Virus record (IMG/VR): IMGVR_UViG_3300025671_008697
From: a virus
Lineage: Duplodnaviria > Caudoviricetes
Length of the DNA stretch: 64,000 bases
Direction: 5' to 3' (one strand)
Below the pieces are notes generated by a model. It was given only the letters and a program-made list of their open reading frames with translations. It had not been told where the DNA came from and searched no databases. Shown here piece by piece: positions 10,406 through 20,796 of the stretch. Both the position numbers and the translations under genes were made by a program. The first letter of the stretch is position 1. Every line of letters begins with the position of its first letter.

Positions 10406-10836
10406 GCAAATATGCACAAGGCAAGTTTCAAATACAAAATCCCAATAAGTACGTAGGCAAAGGTACACCTACTTACAGAAGCAGTTGGGAATTTGCTTTT
10501 ATGCAGTTCTGTGACAACAATCCTGCAGTGCTACAATGGGCCAGTGAAGCCATACACGTTCCCTACAAAAATCCTTTTACAAATAAAAACACAATTTACG
10601 TGCCTGACTTTTTGGTAATTTACGAAGATAAAAATGGCAAGCGGCACGGCGAAGTAATCGAAATTAAACCCAGTAAAGAAACTACCATGGAAGCTGCTAG
10701 AACAGTGAAGGACAAAGCCGCAGTAGCACTGAACATGTTTAAATGGGAAGCAGCCCGTCATTTTTGCAAAGCACATGGCTTAGTTTTTAGAATAGTCAAC
10801 GAACAAGACATTTTCCAAGGAACCAAAAAACGTTAA
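10402..10836 (+). CDS. gp4: Head completion nuclease (T4 gp4-like, TnsA N-terminal fold)
   Basis: 'YRSSWE..FM.FCD.NP.VLQWASE...VPY', 'YVPDF', 'IEIKP', 'KW.AA..FC'. Confidence 0.88.
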   Translation: MSKYAQGKFQIQNPNKYVGKGTPTYRSSWEFAFMQFCDNNPAVLQWASEAIHVPYKNPFTNKNTIYVPDFLVIYEDKNGKRHGEVIEIKPSKETTMEAARTVKDKAAVALNMFKWEAARHFCKAHGLVFRIVNEQDIFQGTKKR

Positions 10837-10844
10837 ATAGTAGC

Positions 10845-11354
10845 ATGACTAAGAAATTAGAAGAACTGTTTAATCTGCCTGAGCCTGAAGACAACGAGCC
10901 TGAGCAAACTGTTAGCCCAGAAGAAGCCCGTGCAGCCATAGAGGCTAATCGCAGCGAACTTGCAGACATAGACACTGCTATCGACAAAATTGACCAAGCA
11001 CTGCCCACAGTAAGAGACCTAAGTGCCAGCGACCAAGAGATGGACGAACTGGCAGAATTAGCCAAAGACAAGTTCAATGATCTTATGGATTTGGGTATGA
11101 ACATGGAAGCACGTTTTAGCGGCACAGTGTTTCAAACTGCTGGCACATTGTTGGGGCATGCTATCACAGCCAAGCAGGCCAAGTTGGATAAAAAACTGCG
11201 TATGGTGGATTTGCAGTTGAAAAAAATGCGGTTGGACCATCAGATTAAGAAAGATCAGCAGTCAGGAGACGTGCCAGAACACGTTGAAGGGCAAGGAGTA
11301 GTGCTTGATAGAAATGCACTCTTGGCTGAAATTTTGAATAAACCCCGGCATTAA
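10845..11354 (+). CDS. Hypothetical helical protein, possible terminase small subunit
   Basis: 169 aa coiled-coil with own TAAATA (10834); size and helical character only suggestive. Confidence 0.45.
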   Translation: MTKKLEELFNLPEPEDNEPEQTVSPEEARAAIEANRSELADIDTAIDKIDQALPTVRDLSASDQEMDELAELAKDKFNDLMDLGMNMEARFSGTVFQTAGTLLGHAITAKQAKLDKKLRMVDLQLKKMRLDHQIKKDQQSGDVPEHVEGQGVVLDRNALLAEILNKPRH

Positions 11355-11393
11355 TTAGTCAAAAACGCTAAATATCGTATAATAGGAACAATT

Positions 11394-12011
11394 ATGAAAA
11401 GTTTTAAAGCCTATCTAACAGAATCAACACGCACCTATGATTTTAAAGTGCGTATTGCAGGCGACCTTACAACAGAAGATGTTGATAAGATTAAAGTTGC
11501 ACTTGAACAGTACAAAGTTGTCAGTGTAAGCAAACCAAAAAGTTCTCCAATTCACGAAACAGAACTATTTCCCAACATGGGCCCTGTGGCTATTAATGTA
11601 ATGGAAGTCAGTGTTGCTTATCCTGCAAGAGATGACATGATCCGTGCAGTCATTAACACAGGTGCTGGCATCAGCGCAGACAGAATTCGTGTTAACGGTC
11701 CTGACGGTGCTTTTGAAAGCATGCTGGCAGGCACAGAGCAGAGCAATCAACCAACAGATGCTCCAGTGCTTGAAACACCAGACATGAAAGCAGCCGAAGT
11801 ACCCAAAGACTTTACTGGCGATGCACGTATCCCTAGTTTGATTAAGGAACTAGAAGAAACAAAGAAATATGAATATCCCGAAGCAGCAGGCGGTGACACA
11901 CCTGCAGCACAAACCACTAACGAGTTGCCAGTGGGTGAACTTAGTGCAATGGGCAGTACAAAACCAAATATACCTGACCCAATGAAAATGAAAGCAGGTA
12001 ACGGAAAGTAA
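11394..12011 (+). CDS. Late hypothetical protein with capsid-targeting-like N-terminus (MKSFKAYLTE)
   Basis: TAAATA at 11369; N-terminus resembles the T4 internal protein leader. Confidence 0.7.
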   Translation: MKSFKAYLTESTRTYDFKVRIAGDLTTEDVDKIKVALEQYKVVSVSKPKSSPIHETELFPNMGPVAINVMEVSVAYPARDDMIRAVINTGAGISADRIRVNGPDGAFESMLAGTEQSNQPTDAPVLETPDMKAAEVPKDFTGDARIPSLIKELEETKKYEYPEAAGGDTPAAQTTNELPVGELSAMGSTKPNIPDPMKMKAGNGK

Positions 12012-12015
12012 AACT

Positions 12016-14202
12016 ATGAGCAGCAACATCTATGACATCTTAAACAAGTTTAGCAGTTTAGAACAGCAACCTGAACCTAAGGTAGAACAAAAACCTCAAG
12101 TAAAATCTAAATTGCAAGAAAGCATTGATAGCCTAAGTGAAAAATGGGCAGGAGATGCAGAAGTCAAACAAACAGGACAGTATGCAGACAAAACTACTGG
12201 CGAACTTAAAAAGATGTTAGGTAGTTTGCACAAAAGTGGTCCACACAAGCGTGGTAGTGCAGAAGACAAAAAACAAAAACAAATTAACTTTGCCTTAAGA
12301 GCCAAAGGTGGTTGGAAAAAAGGTGAAGGCGCTGCAATGAAAGAAGAAGGTGTGGCGGAAGGCAGTGGAGACAAACCCATTGAGCAAATGAGCCGTAGTG
12401 AATTGATAGATTATTTAGGTATGAGCAGAGAAGATGCTGCTGACATGACCAACAATGATTTGCGTGACATGGCCAATGACCAAGCAGGTGACTACGATGA
12501 AGATGACGGCCAACCAAGTTCCTACGAAGAGTATCAAGACTTGCATGGCGGTGACGATTCTGACTACGGTGACTTAGATGAAAAAGCACCTCCCGGCGCA
12601 AAAGCAGAGCGTATGGTCAAGCATATTAAAGCAGGCTATGCCAAAGACGGTAAACTAACAGACAAAGAACGCAGTATCGCTTATGCTACTGCATGGAAAG
12701 CACACAAAGCCGGTAAAGTAGAAGAAGCAGTTCAAGCACTACGTACTCTTGTTGATGCTGGTATGACACAACAACAGATCACAGAAGGCTGGGATGACAT
12801 GCTCAAGGCTGTTGAGAAAAAGCACCGGCAGGATAAAGAAGAAAAAGGTACTGGCAAGTTTGATAAAAAGAAAATATCAACAGGTACAGTATACACACGC
12901 AAGTATGATGCTGATGGCATGAGCAACACAGATGATGAAGTCAAACCAGAAGGTGAAAAACGTAAGCGTGGACGTCCTAAGAAGAATGCTTTTGAAAGCA
13001 AGTCTACTGCGGAAAAAATGATTGCTGAAGCATACACTGCAGAAGGTGGTCCGCAACTTGTAGACATTCCTGCTTATCAGCGTAAAGCCTCAGGACAAAA
13101 CTTTCCAATAGAAATTGCTGACTTAGAACCCAAAGGTGTAATCAGCAGCAAGCAAGGCTTAGCAGACTTAAAAGATAAATTAGGCATGCAAGAAGAAGAC
13201 GAAGTCAGTGCCCGTGAGCCAGAGGACATGAAAGAAGACAGTCAACTGTCTTATGAACAGGATCTGCTAAAAAAGGGTGTTGGCGATCAAATGTACAACG
13301 AAATCGAAGCAGGCATGCAAGATTCGAACTTTAATTTAACAGCCAATGAACCTTTGTATCATGCACTGTATGATTATTATACAGACAATGGCGAAATGCC
13401 CTACGATGTAGCAAAAGCACGTACAGGTACTCCTGATGAGTGGATCATAAACAAAATGCAGGAACTGTTTGGCAACACAGACCAAGAACAACAAAGACCA
13501 GAGGACAGCAACATGGATAAAGAACTAGAAGAAATGATGAGACTTGCCGGCATGCAAGTAGAAACAAAAATGTCAGAAGATGACATGGAAGAAGGCAATA
13601 AATTTTCAGGCGAATTAGAAAAAGCCAAATCTGCTGGCAAAAAAGAATTTGAAGTCGACGGAAAAACTTACAAAGTTACCGAAGGCGAAGAATGCCCAAA
13701 GTGCCATTGCGATCCTTGCGAGTGTGATGACGAAGACAAAGACAAAGTTGACGAGTGCGGTCCGGGATATGAAATGGATCAGGGCCAAGAAGGTCGCATG
13801 AACGTCAGCACTAACATGAGCAGCGACGGCAACAAGAGTGTTACTATTACTGCTGATGGTGAAGCCGCAGAAGAACTAATGCAGATGTTAGCACTTGCTG
13901 GTATGAAAGCCAAGCAGCCAATGCCACAAGAAGAAAACGTACATCAGCAAATGGCTGCAGTTGAGGAAGAAAAAGATCCTCGCTATCAGGCAAATACAAC
14001 TCCTGAAGAGGAAGTTATGCCTGTACAAACACAGACCAAAGGTGGCAACGGTGAAGTAGCAGGACAAGAGAAAAAGATGCACAAAGACGGCGCTGCAAGA
14101 TTTAGTGACAACCCACTTGCAATGAAAGAAGAAGTTGAAGATCTCGGCAACATGGGCATGGATCTAATGAAAGAATACGAAGCACTAAAGGTACAAAAAT
14201 GA
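12016..14202 (+). CDS. Acidic modular prohead core/internal polyprotein-like protein
   Basis: 728 aa of alternating basic modules and Glu-rich linkers. Confidence 0.55.
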   Translation: MSSNIYDILNKFSSLEQQPEPKVEQKPQVKSKLQESIDSLSEKWAGDAEVKQTGQYADKTTGELKKMLGSLHKSGPHKRGSAEDKKQKQINFALRAKGGWKKGEGAAMKEEGVAEGSGDKPIEQMSRSELIDYLGMSREDAADMTNNDLRDMANDQAGDYDEDDGQPSSYEEYQDLHGGDDSDYGDLDEKAPPGAKAERMVKHIKAGYAKDGKLTDKERSIAYATAWKAHKAGKVEEAVQALRTLVDAGMTQQQITEGWDDMLKAVEKKHRQDKEEKGTGKFDKKKISTGTVYTRKYDADGMSNTDDEVKPEGEKRKRGRPKKNAFESKSTAEKMIAEAYTAEGGPQLVDIPAYQRKASGQNFPIEIADLEPKGVISSKQGLADLKDKLGMQEEDEVSAREPEDMKEDSQLSYEQDLLKKGVGDQMYNEIEAGMQDSNFNLTANEPLYHALYDYYTDNGEMPYDVAKARTGTPDEWIINKMQELFGNTDQEQQRPEDSNMDKELEEMMRLAGMQVETKMSEDDMEEGNKFSGELEKAKSAGKKEFEVDGKTYKVTEGEECPKCHCDPCECDDEDKDKVDECGPGYEMDQGQEGRMNVSTNMSSDGNKSVTITADGEAAEELMQMLALAGMKAKQPMPQEENVHQQMAAVEEEKDPRYQANTTPEEEVMPVQTQTKGGNGEVAGQEKKMHKDGAARFSDNPLAMKEEVEDLGNMGMDLMKEYEALKVQK

Positions 14203-14609
14203 GAGCAACTCAATTCTTAGAATCTATTAGTATTGACGACAGTTTTGATATTGAGTTTGACGACTTTGTAATCGAAAGTCGTGTAATAGATTTTATGGAT
14301 GATGGTGTTGTCGTTGAAGCAGACGAAAAAGCACTGGTATTGTTGGGTGTAAGCGGTGCCTTGTTAGAAGCAGAATACCAAGGACGCAAAGTACAACTTA
14401 ACAAACCTATGCAGGGTGATGTTAAGAAGTTTAAAGTGTATGTAAAGAACCCCAAAGGTAACGTAGTTAAAGTTAACTTTGGTGATCCTAACATGCGTAT
14501 TAAAAAATCTAATCCCAAACGTCGCAAGAGTTTTAGAGCAAGACATCACTGCGACACTAATCCAGGACCAAAGCATAAAGCACGCTACTGGTCATGCCGT
14601 AAGTGGTAA
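14199..14609 (+). CDS. Small late protein with basic C-terminal domain (DUF6321-like)
   Basis: 'KKFKVYVKNP.G.V.KV.FGDP.M.IK..NP.RRKSFRARH.C..PGPK.KARYWSC..W'. Confidence 0.7.
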   Translation: MRATQFLESISIDDSFDIEFDDFVIESRVIDFMDDGVVVEADEKALVLLGVSGALLEAEYQGRKVQLNKPMQGDVKKFKVYVKNPKGNVVKVNFGDPNMRIKKSNPKRRKSFRARHHCDTNPGPKHKARYWSCRKW

Positions 14610-14610
14610 T

Positions 14611-14997
14611 ATGAAAATTAAAGACGTAATTACTGAAGCAATCGATCAAGCTGATATTACAGCACGTCAGCAAGAAGCCACACGGGGTTTACACAGATTC
14701 CAAGACATAAATGCAAGGGATAGAGTGTATGAACTATATCGTGTTATGTTGGCAGCAGCCTGCAGCAACGGTGTAGATGAAATACCTGATCATGTAGATC
14801 CAGAAAGTTGGGCAGGAAGATTCAATATTGCTGCACCACTAACGCAACAAGAACAAGACATGTTAATGGCTGCTTACAAAGCAATGGGCAGTCAGTACAC
14901 CGACATTAACAAGGGCGACTTGCGTAGTTTGGAATTGGGTTCTGTAAACAAGAAGAGTCCCGTAGCAAAACCAAAGAAAAACAAATACGGCGTATAA
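14611..14997 (+). CDS. Late hypothetical protein (start re-assigned to ATG 14611, MKIKDVITE)
   Basis: ATG directly after the preceding stop; leader resembles other late proteins. Confidence 0.7.
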   Translation: MKIKDVITEAIDQADITARQQEATRGLHRFQDINARDRVYELYRVMLAAACSNGVDEIPDHVDPESWAGRFNIAAPLTQQEQDMLMAAYKAMGSQYTDINKGDLRSLELGSVNKKSPVAKPKKNKYGV

Positions 14998-15206
14998 TGG
15001 ACGAAGTACAAGAAATTAAAATGCTGGCAGGCATCGCTAATCGTCCTCAATGGCAAGAATATACGCCTGTCCATGAAAAGAACATGAGTTACACTGGCAC
15101 CGAAAAATCTCGACTAATGAAAAAACATAAAATTAAACCAGGAACTGATGCCTGGTTTAAACTTTGGTTCTCTAAGCCATATATGACAGGCGAACGTCCT
15201 ATTTAA
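14997..15206 (+). CDS. Hypothetical protein
   Basis: 69 aa ORF translationally coupled (TAATG). Confidence 0.65.
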   Translation: MDEVQEIKMLAGIANRPQWQEYTPVHEKNMSYTGTEKSRLMKKHKIKPGTDAWFKLWFSKPYMTGERPI

Positions 15207-15726
15207 CGGGCACAGTCAATCCCAAATATTGATACCAACTATCGTGCGGCACATGCACTGCTCGCATTTTCCATTTGTTAATTAAATGAAAGTGATCAGG
15301 CCTAAACGGTTTCCGCAATGGTTTCCAATTCTTAGTGCCTTTTTTATGATTGCAGGGCTTGCAAGCAGTTACACAGTTTTCCCAGACAGTTTTCCCACCT
15401 TCTGCTCTGGGTACCACATGGTCAATAGTTAGTTCTTTTGCTTCAAACGTATCTGAACAATATTGGCATTGATACAAATCACGCAAAAATACATTTGAGC
15501 GACTGAACTTTGCAGCCTTTTTAAACTTAAAATAATCTTTGGTAACGCAGACAGCAGGAACCTTCATAGTTATGTATTCACTGTGAATATCCCAGTCTTC
15601 GTATTCTTCTAAAATTGTTACTCTATCCAAAAAATAAAGTTTGATAGCGTGTTGCCAACTAACGACACTTAGGGGTAGTACACTAATTGGATTGTAATCG
15701 CTGTTTAATAGTAGCGTAGTTGACAA
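15199..15726 (-). CDS. HNH endonuclease (McrA-like)
   Basis: 'RD.YQCQYC', 'LTIDHVVPRAEGGKT.WENCVTAC..CNHKKG'; minus-strand TAAATA at 15769-15774. Confidence 0.92.
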   Translation of the reverse strand: MSTTLLLNSDYNPISVLPLSVVSWQHAIKLYFLDRVTILEEYEDWDIHSEYITMKVPAVCVTKDYFKFKKAAKFSRSNVFLRDLYQCQYCSDTFEAKELTIDHVVPRAEGGKTVWENCVTACKPCNHKKGTKNWKPLRKPFRPDHFHLINKWKMRAVHVPHDSWYQYLGLTVPVK

Positions 15727-15794
15727 TTAAAACCTCATGGGGTTAGTTCATAAATATCTATTATATAGTATTTACTAACAAAGAGCAAGCAGAT

Positions 15795-17360
15795 ATGGCA
15801 AAAAGTTTGGAAGTTGTTTTAATCAAAAAACCAAACAGTGTTGAGTCCTATACAGAACAGCAGATACGAGAAATTGCACGATGTGCTGATCCTGCAACAG
15901 GACCACAGTATTTTCTTGACAACTATTTTTACATACAACATCCAACCCGCGGTAGAATGTTGTATAAGCCTTTTGAATATCAAAAAAGATTGGTAGACAC
16001 TTATCACGGTTTTAGATACAGTATTAGTTTGATGCCTAGGCAAACTGGAAAATCAACAACTGCTGCTGGCTACTTGCTTTGGTATGCCATGTTTGTGCCC
16101 GACAGTACTATTTTGGTAGCGGCACATAAGTACACAGGCTCACAGGAAATTATGCAACGTATTCGTTATGGATATGAGAGCGTGCCAGACTTTATACGTG
16201 CAGGTGTTACTAGTTATAACAAAGGCAGCATAGATTTTGACAACGGATCTCGTATTGTAAGTGCAACAACTACAGAAAATACAGGACGTGGTATGAGTAT
16301 TTCCTTACTGTACTGCGACGAGTTTGCGTTTGTGAGACCCAGCATTGCCAAAGAGTTTTGGACATCCATTAGTCCCACACTGGCCACAGGTGGTAAATGT
16401 ATCATTACCAGCACGCCAAACAGTGACGAAGACCAATTTGCACTTATTTGGAGACAGGCAAACAAATGCCTGGACGAATACGGCAATGAAACAGAATTAG
16501 GCATTAATGGATTCAAAGCATTCAGGAGTCGTTGGCAAGAACATCCTGACAGAGATGAAAAGTGGGAGATAGAACAACGAGCACAGTTAGGCGAAGAGAG
16601 ATTCAGACGTGAAATGGAATGCGAGTTTATTATCTTTGATGAAACACTGATTAATCCTATCGTACTAACTGAAATGGCTGGTATAGAACCTTTGGAAAAA
16701 CAAGGACAGGTTCGTTGGTATAAGCAACCAGAACGAGGTAAAACTTATGTAGTGAGTTTAGACCCGAGTTTAGGCACGGGCGGGGACTATGCTGCCATGC
16801 AGGTGCTTGAATTGCCTACGATGAAACAGGTAGCAGAATGGCAACACAATAAAACTCCTATACAGCAACAGGTAAAAATATTGGCAGAAATTACCAAAAC
16901 ACTAGTGGAAACTGCTGGCACAGACAATGACGTTTACTATAGTGTTGAAAACAACACCATCGGCGAAGCAACTCTGGTGGCTATTGCTGAATATGGTGAA
17001 GAAAATATCAGAGGTATATTCCTTAGTGAACCTGTAAAAGCAGGCGCAGCCCGTAGATACAGAAAAGGCTTTAATACCACAAACAGAAATAAATTGGCTG
17101 CTTGCGCTAAACTAAAAAATCTTGTGGAAAGCAAAAAAATCTTTTTGGCTAGTAAATCATTAGTAAGCGAACTTAAAGTGTTTGTGGCATCGGGCAGCGG
17201 ATTTGCAGCCAAAATAGGCGAACATGACGACTTAGTTATGGCACTACTGTTAGCAGTAAGAATGGCTACGTTTTTACGTGAGTTTGACCCCAATTTAGAC
17301 GATAAACTAAAAGATGCCAGTGAAGAACTTCTAATGCCTATGCCCTTTGTAATGAGTTAA
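15795..17360 (+). CDS. gp17: Terminase large subunit (T4 gp17-like)
   Basis: Walker A 'PRQTGKST', Walker B 'LLYCDEFAF', 'ITSTPN', RNase H nuclease 'SLDPSLGTGGDY', 'HDDLVMA'. Confidence 0.95.
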   Translation: MAKSLEVVLIKKPNSVESYTEQQIREIARCADPATGPQYFLDNYFYIQHPTRGRMLYKPFEYQKRLVDTYHGFRYSISLMPRQTGKSTTAAGYLLWYAMFVPDSTILVAAHKYTGSQEIMQRIRYGYESVPDFIRAGVTSYNKGSIDFDNGSRIVSATTTENTGRGMSISLLYCDEFAFVRPSIAKEFWTSISPTLATGGKCIITSTPNSDEDQFALIWRQANKCLDEYGNETELGINGFKAFRSRWQEHPDRDEKWEIEQRAQLGEERFRREMECEFIIFDETLINPIVLTEMAGIEPLEKQGQVRWYKQPERGKTYVVSLDPSLGTGGDYAAMQVLELPTMKQVAEWQHNKTPIQQQVKILAEITKTLVETAGTDNDVYYSVENNTIGEATLVAIAEYGEENIRGIFLSEPVKAGAARRYRKGFNTTNRNKLAACAKLKNLVESKKIFLASKSLVSELKVFVASGSGFAAKIGEHDDLVMALLLAVRMATFLREFDPNLDDKLKDASEELLMPMPFVMS

Positions 17361-17375
17361 CATAAATACTAAACC

Positions 17376-18761
17376 ATGCTTGAAATAGAAAAAGTCTCAG
17401 AAAATTTATTTGATAAGATTCGTAGCCGTTTTACCAATATTAATATTGGAGACGAAAACGCCAAGGCTACAGTCGACCCTACTAAGGCACGATTTTTTAA
17501 CTTTGACTTTACATACAACGGTGAAAATTATGGCAACATAACATTCAGTTTAGTAGATGAACAGGCAATTAAGGTATATTTTGATCAAGAGATAGACAAA
17601 GGCATGGACGCTGAGACACGTCAAGCATGGTACAGTTTTCTTAAGGACATCAGACTGTTTGCAAAAAGACACATGATGACTTTTGACATCAGAGATATAG
17701 CAAAATCAGGCTTAAACATAGCAGACCTAAAACACGCAAACAAAGACGCTGAAGTCTATGACGCAGGCGATATTCAAGTAACCGAAGGCAAACTTTATGG
17801 CACAACTCGCAGTTCCTATCAAAAGATGGAAAGTGTGAGAATCATAGCAAGGCATTCCAAGCCAGTGGACGAACAACAGCTCGGTGCAAGAGCACGAAAT
17901 ATTAGGGCACTCTACATTGAGAATTCTGAAGGCGAACGTTTTAAATTACCCGAAGGCACCACACTAAATGGCGCAAGAGCATATGCCAGACACGTTATGA
18001 ACGGCGGACAAGTGCATGACGAGTTCGGACAGCATATTGGTCAGATGATCAAAGAGCTAACTGATCTTAAGTTGTTCGCACGTAATTGTCGTGGCAGAAC
18101 TTTTGAGGATGCCGAAACTATGGCTATGGTTGAAGCAGCAGTTGATCATTATGGCACCTTGCACCGAGACTTATTTTCTCTCAGGGGACAAAAAGGTTAC
18201 ACAAACTATAAAGAATCATGGACAGCAACAGAAAGTTTAGACAACGTTGACCTAGAAGCACTGAAAGAAAAGTTCACACGCAAAGTGTTTGACGAGCGTT
18301 TAATGGATGCACTGCCTGTTGTACAGCGTGCCTATGAAGAACGTAAGAACAGAGTAGGCGAAGAATTTGAGCAGTGGGCCAACAGTGTTATTGAAGAAGA
18401 TGACGATGACAGTGTGTTTGCCAATTCACCCAACCCAGAACAAAGTGACTTTGATTTCAGCGGTGGTGATGCTGTGTTAGACAAACTGTTTACAGAAAAT
18501 GGATTCCAATTCAAATTTCTAGACGGCAAGTACTACTTCGAAAGCAATCAAGAAGTAGAACGTGCCAGAGACATTATTGCTGCTTACAATCCCAAAATGA
18601 AATTCCCGCCCATGGCTGTTTACAATTATGGCTACGGCACATATGGCAGTACCACAAACGATTACGAAACTGGTACCTACAGTTCTTTGGGAATGGAAGA
18701 AAGCGTACAAGAATCAGAAGATTTGAGTTTCCTCAAACGTTTGGCAGGTTTAGCCAAATAA
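17376..18761 (+). CDS. Late hypothetical (probable head-associated) protein
   Basis: 461 aa ORF with TAAATA at 17363; acidic C-terminus. Confidence 0.7.
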   Translation: MLEIEKVSENLFDKIRSRFTNINIGDENAKATVDPTKARFFNFDFTYNGENYGNITFSLVDEQAIKVYFDQEIDKGMDAETRQAWYSFLKDIRLFAKRHMMTFDIRDIAKSGLNIADLKHANKDAEVYDAGDIQVTEGKLYGTTRSSYQKMESVRIIARHSKPVDEQQLGARARNIRALYIENSEGERFKLPEGTTLNGARAYARHVMNGGQVHDEFGQHIGQMIKELTDLKLFARNCRGRTFEDAETMAMVEAAVDHYGTLHRDLFSLRGQKGYTNYKESWTATESLDNVDLEALKEKFTRKVFDERLMDALPVVQRAYEERKNRVGEEFEQWANSVIEEDDDDSVFANSPNPEQSDFDFSGGDAVLDKLFTENGFQFKFLDGKYYFESNQEVERARDIIAAYNPKMKFPPMAVYNYGYGTYGSTTNDYETGTYSSLGMEESVQESEDLSFLKRLAGLAK

Positions 18762-18825
18762 TTTGACGTTGCTCAAAAAGCACAGTAAACTACCGCTGTG
18801 CTTAAGAAAAAATTTACTTTTCCAG

Positions 18826-18855
18826 TTGACAGACTAAATACATTTGTTATACACT
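18826..18855 (+). promoter_or_regulatory. Overlapping sigma70 (TTGACA..TACACT) and late (TAAATA 18835) promoters of the ssb gene
   Basis: Both elements visible upstream of gp32. Confidence 0.55.
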
Positions 18856-18918
18856 TGCAAGGTGCAGTTGTATATCTAGGCACAACAAAGACCATCTTAA
18901 ACATAAAGGAAAATTATC

Positions 18919-19893
18919 ATGGCAACATCTTTAGCAGAAATTAGAGCAAAGCTCGCAAGTCAAGAAAACCGCGGTAGCGGTAACACAATGGGCGGTGACA
19001 ATGGCATTTATGCACATTGGAACATTCAAGAAGGTACTACAGCCCGAGTACGTTTCCTCCCCGACGCAAACACCAAAAACACTTTCTTTTGGGTTGAACG
19101 ACTAATGATCCGTTTGCCTTTTGCAGGCGTTAAAGGTCAGGTAGACAGCAAACCCACAGTGGTACAGGTACCCTGTGTAGAAATGTATGGCGACGCCTGT
19201 CCGGTTTTGGCAGAAGTACGTACTTGGTTTAAAGACCCCAGTTTGGAAGACATGGGACGTAAGTATTGGAAAAAGAAAAGTTATCTTTTCCAGGGCTTTG
19301 TACGTGACAATCCAATCAACGAAGATAAGACTCCGGAAAATCCAATCCGTCGTTTTGTTATCAGTCCGCAGATTTTTAACTTGGTTAAAAACGCACTGAT
19401 GGATCCGGAACTGGAAAACTTGCCCACTGACTACGAAGGCGGATTAGACTTTAACATCAAGAAAACTAGCAAAGGTGGTTATGCTGATTACAGCACCAGT
19501 ACATGGGCTCGTAAAGAGTCTGCACTAACGCAAGATGAATTGCAAGCAATTGAACAGTATGGACTATACAACTTGGGAGACTTCTTACCCAAGAAACCCA
19601 GCGACGCAGAGTTGAAGATCATCAAAGAAATGTTTGAAGCCAGTGTTAATGGCGAAGCATATGATGCAGAACGCTGGGGTGCATACTACAAGCCTGCAGG
19701 GTTCCAAACTTCCACAGCAGACAGTGCACCACGTACCGAAAGTGCTCCTGCACCTGCACCTCGTCCTGCGCCTGTAGTAGAAGATGTAGAAGAAGAAGCA
19801 AGTGAGCCAGTCGCATCGGCTCCAGTAGAAGCCAAACCCTCCAGCCAACGTGCTGAAGACATTTTGGCAATGATTCGTAACCGTCAAAAGTGA
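18919..19893 (+). CDS. gp32: Single-stranded DNA-binding protein (T4 gp32-like)
   Basis: 'RVRFLPD', 'VPCVEMYGDACPV', 'KYWKKKSY', 'G.DF.IKKT.KGGYADYSTS', acidic Pro/Ala tail. Confidence 0.92.
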   Translation: MATSLAEIRAKLASQENRGSGNTMGGDNGIYAHWNIQEGTTARVRFLPDANTKNTFFWVERLMIRLPFAGVKGQVDSKPTVVQVPCVEMYGDACPVLAEVRTWFKDPSLEDMGRKYWKKKSYLFQGFVRDNPINEDKTPENPIRRFVISPQIFNLVKNALMDPELENLPTDYEGGLDFNIKKTSKGGYADYSTSTWARKESALTQDELQAIEQYGLYNLGDFLPKKPSDAELKIIKEMFEASVNGEAYDAERWGAYYKPAGFQTSTADSAPRTESAPAPAPRPAPVVEDVEEEASEPVASAPVEAKPSSQRAEDILAMIRNRQK

Positions 19894-19918
19894 TCTAGTA
19901 GTCGCTTGTGTCAATTCA

Positions 19919-19945
19919 GTAGGGGAGACGGTCCCCTACTTTTTA
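19919..19945 (+). terminator. Rho-independent terminator after gp32
   Basis: GTAGGGGA-GACGG-TCCCCTAC followed by T-run. Confidence 0.75.
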
Positions 19946-19950
19946 TATCT

Positions 19951-20796
19951 ATGAATCATTCCCCGTTTATTATTACTCGATTCACACACGGATCTGCTGG
20001 TAAATTTTTAAGTACTTTATTGCAAACAAGTGATTCTGTTGATCACTGGTCTGAAACAATTCAAAAAAATAAAACTAATAGAGTGCTGACTCATGGCATT
20101 ACACTTGAATATGTTCGAAGAAGTTTTCCAGAAAATCATTCTTTACATTTGCGAAATGAACCGATGGTTCCTTACAATACAGAATTGTACAGTGCAGGCT
20201 TTGAAAGAGGAAATAATGTATCATATGAGGACTATATAAATTATGCAGTTGTAAATAATGATACTCGTTGTTTAGGATCGATAAAGAATAATTTATTTTT
20301 AAATATTATTTTTCATAAACCTATTATCCCTAATTTTTGTCATGGTGCAAAGGTTATTACTATTTTAACAACATCTGAGTATGAACAAACGTGGGTTAAA
20401 CGTGCGTTGCAACAAAAACATTTTTTAGAAACTGAGGATTCTATCCTATACATTCCGAATTCGCCTATGCACTGTAATTTTTCATCTTTGCCTGTTGTGT
20501 TACAATATCAAAATAAATTTAAGTTTAGTAAATCTGAAAAACAATTGTTAATCGATACAATAAATTCTAGTTATAAAAACCGAGATTGGTACACAAATTC
20601 TAACAGGTTCTCCGAATTTGACAAGTCATTGAATTTAGATAATCAATTTATAGATTTGTCTGATATATTAAACATAGAAAAATTAATACCAAAGTTAAGT
20701 TTTATTTTTAATTATTTTAAACTAGGTAAAATTGATGAAAAATTAATTAGAGACATGCATAAAATTTATTCTAAACATCATGAAACTTTTCGCTAA
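19951..20796 (+). CDS. AT-rich accessory protein, sulfotransferase-like fold suspected (start re-assigned to 19951)
   Basis: N-terminal 'RFTHGSAGKFL' loop resembles the PAPS-binding strand-loop-helix; ATG just after the terminator. Confidence 0.5.
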   Translation: MNHSPFIITRFTHGSAGKFLSTLLQTSDSVDHWSETIQKNKTNRVLTHGITLEYVRRSFPENHSLHLRNEPMVPYNTELYSAGFERGNNVSYEDYINYAVVNNDTRCLGSIKNNLFLNIIFHKPIIPNFCHGAKVITILTTSEYEQTWVKRALQQKHFLETEDSILYIPNSPMHCNFSSLPVVLQYQNKFKFSKSEKQLLIDTINSSYKNRDWYTNSNRFSEFDKSLNLDNQFIDLSDILNIEKLIPKLSFIFNYFKLGKIDEKLIRDMHKIYSKHHETFR

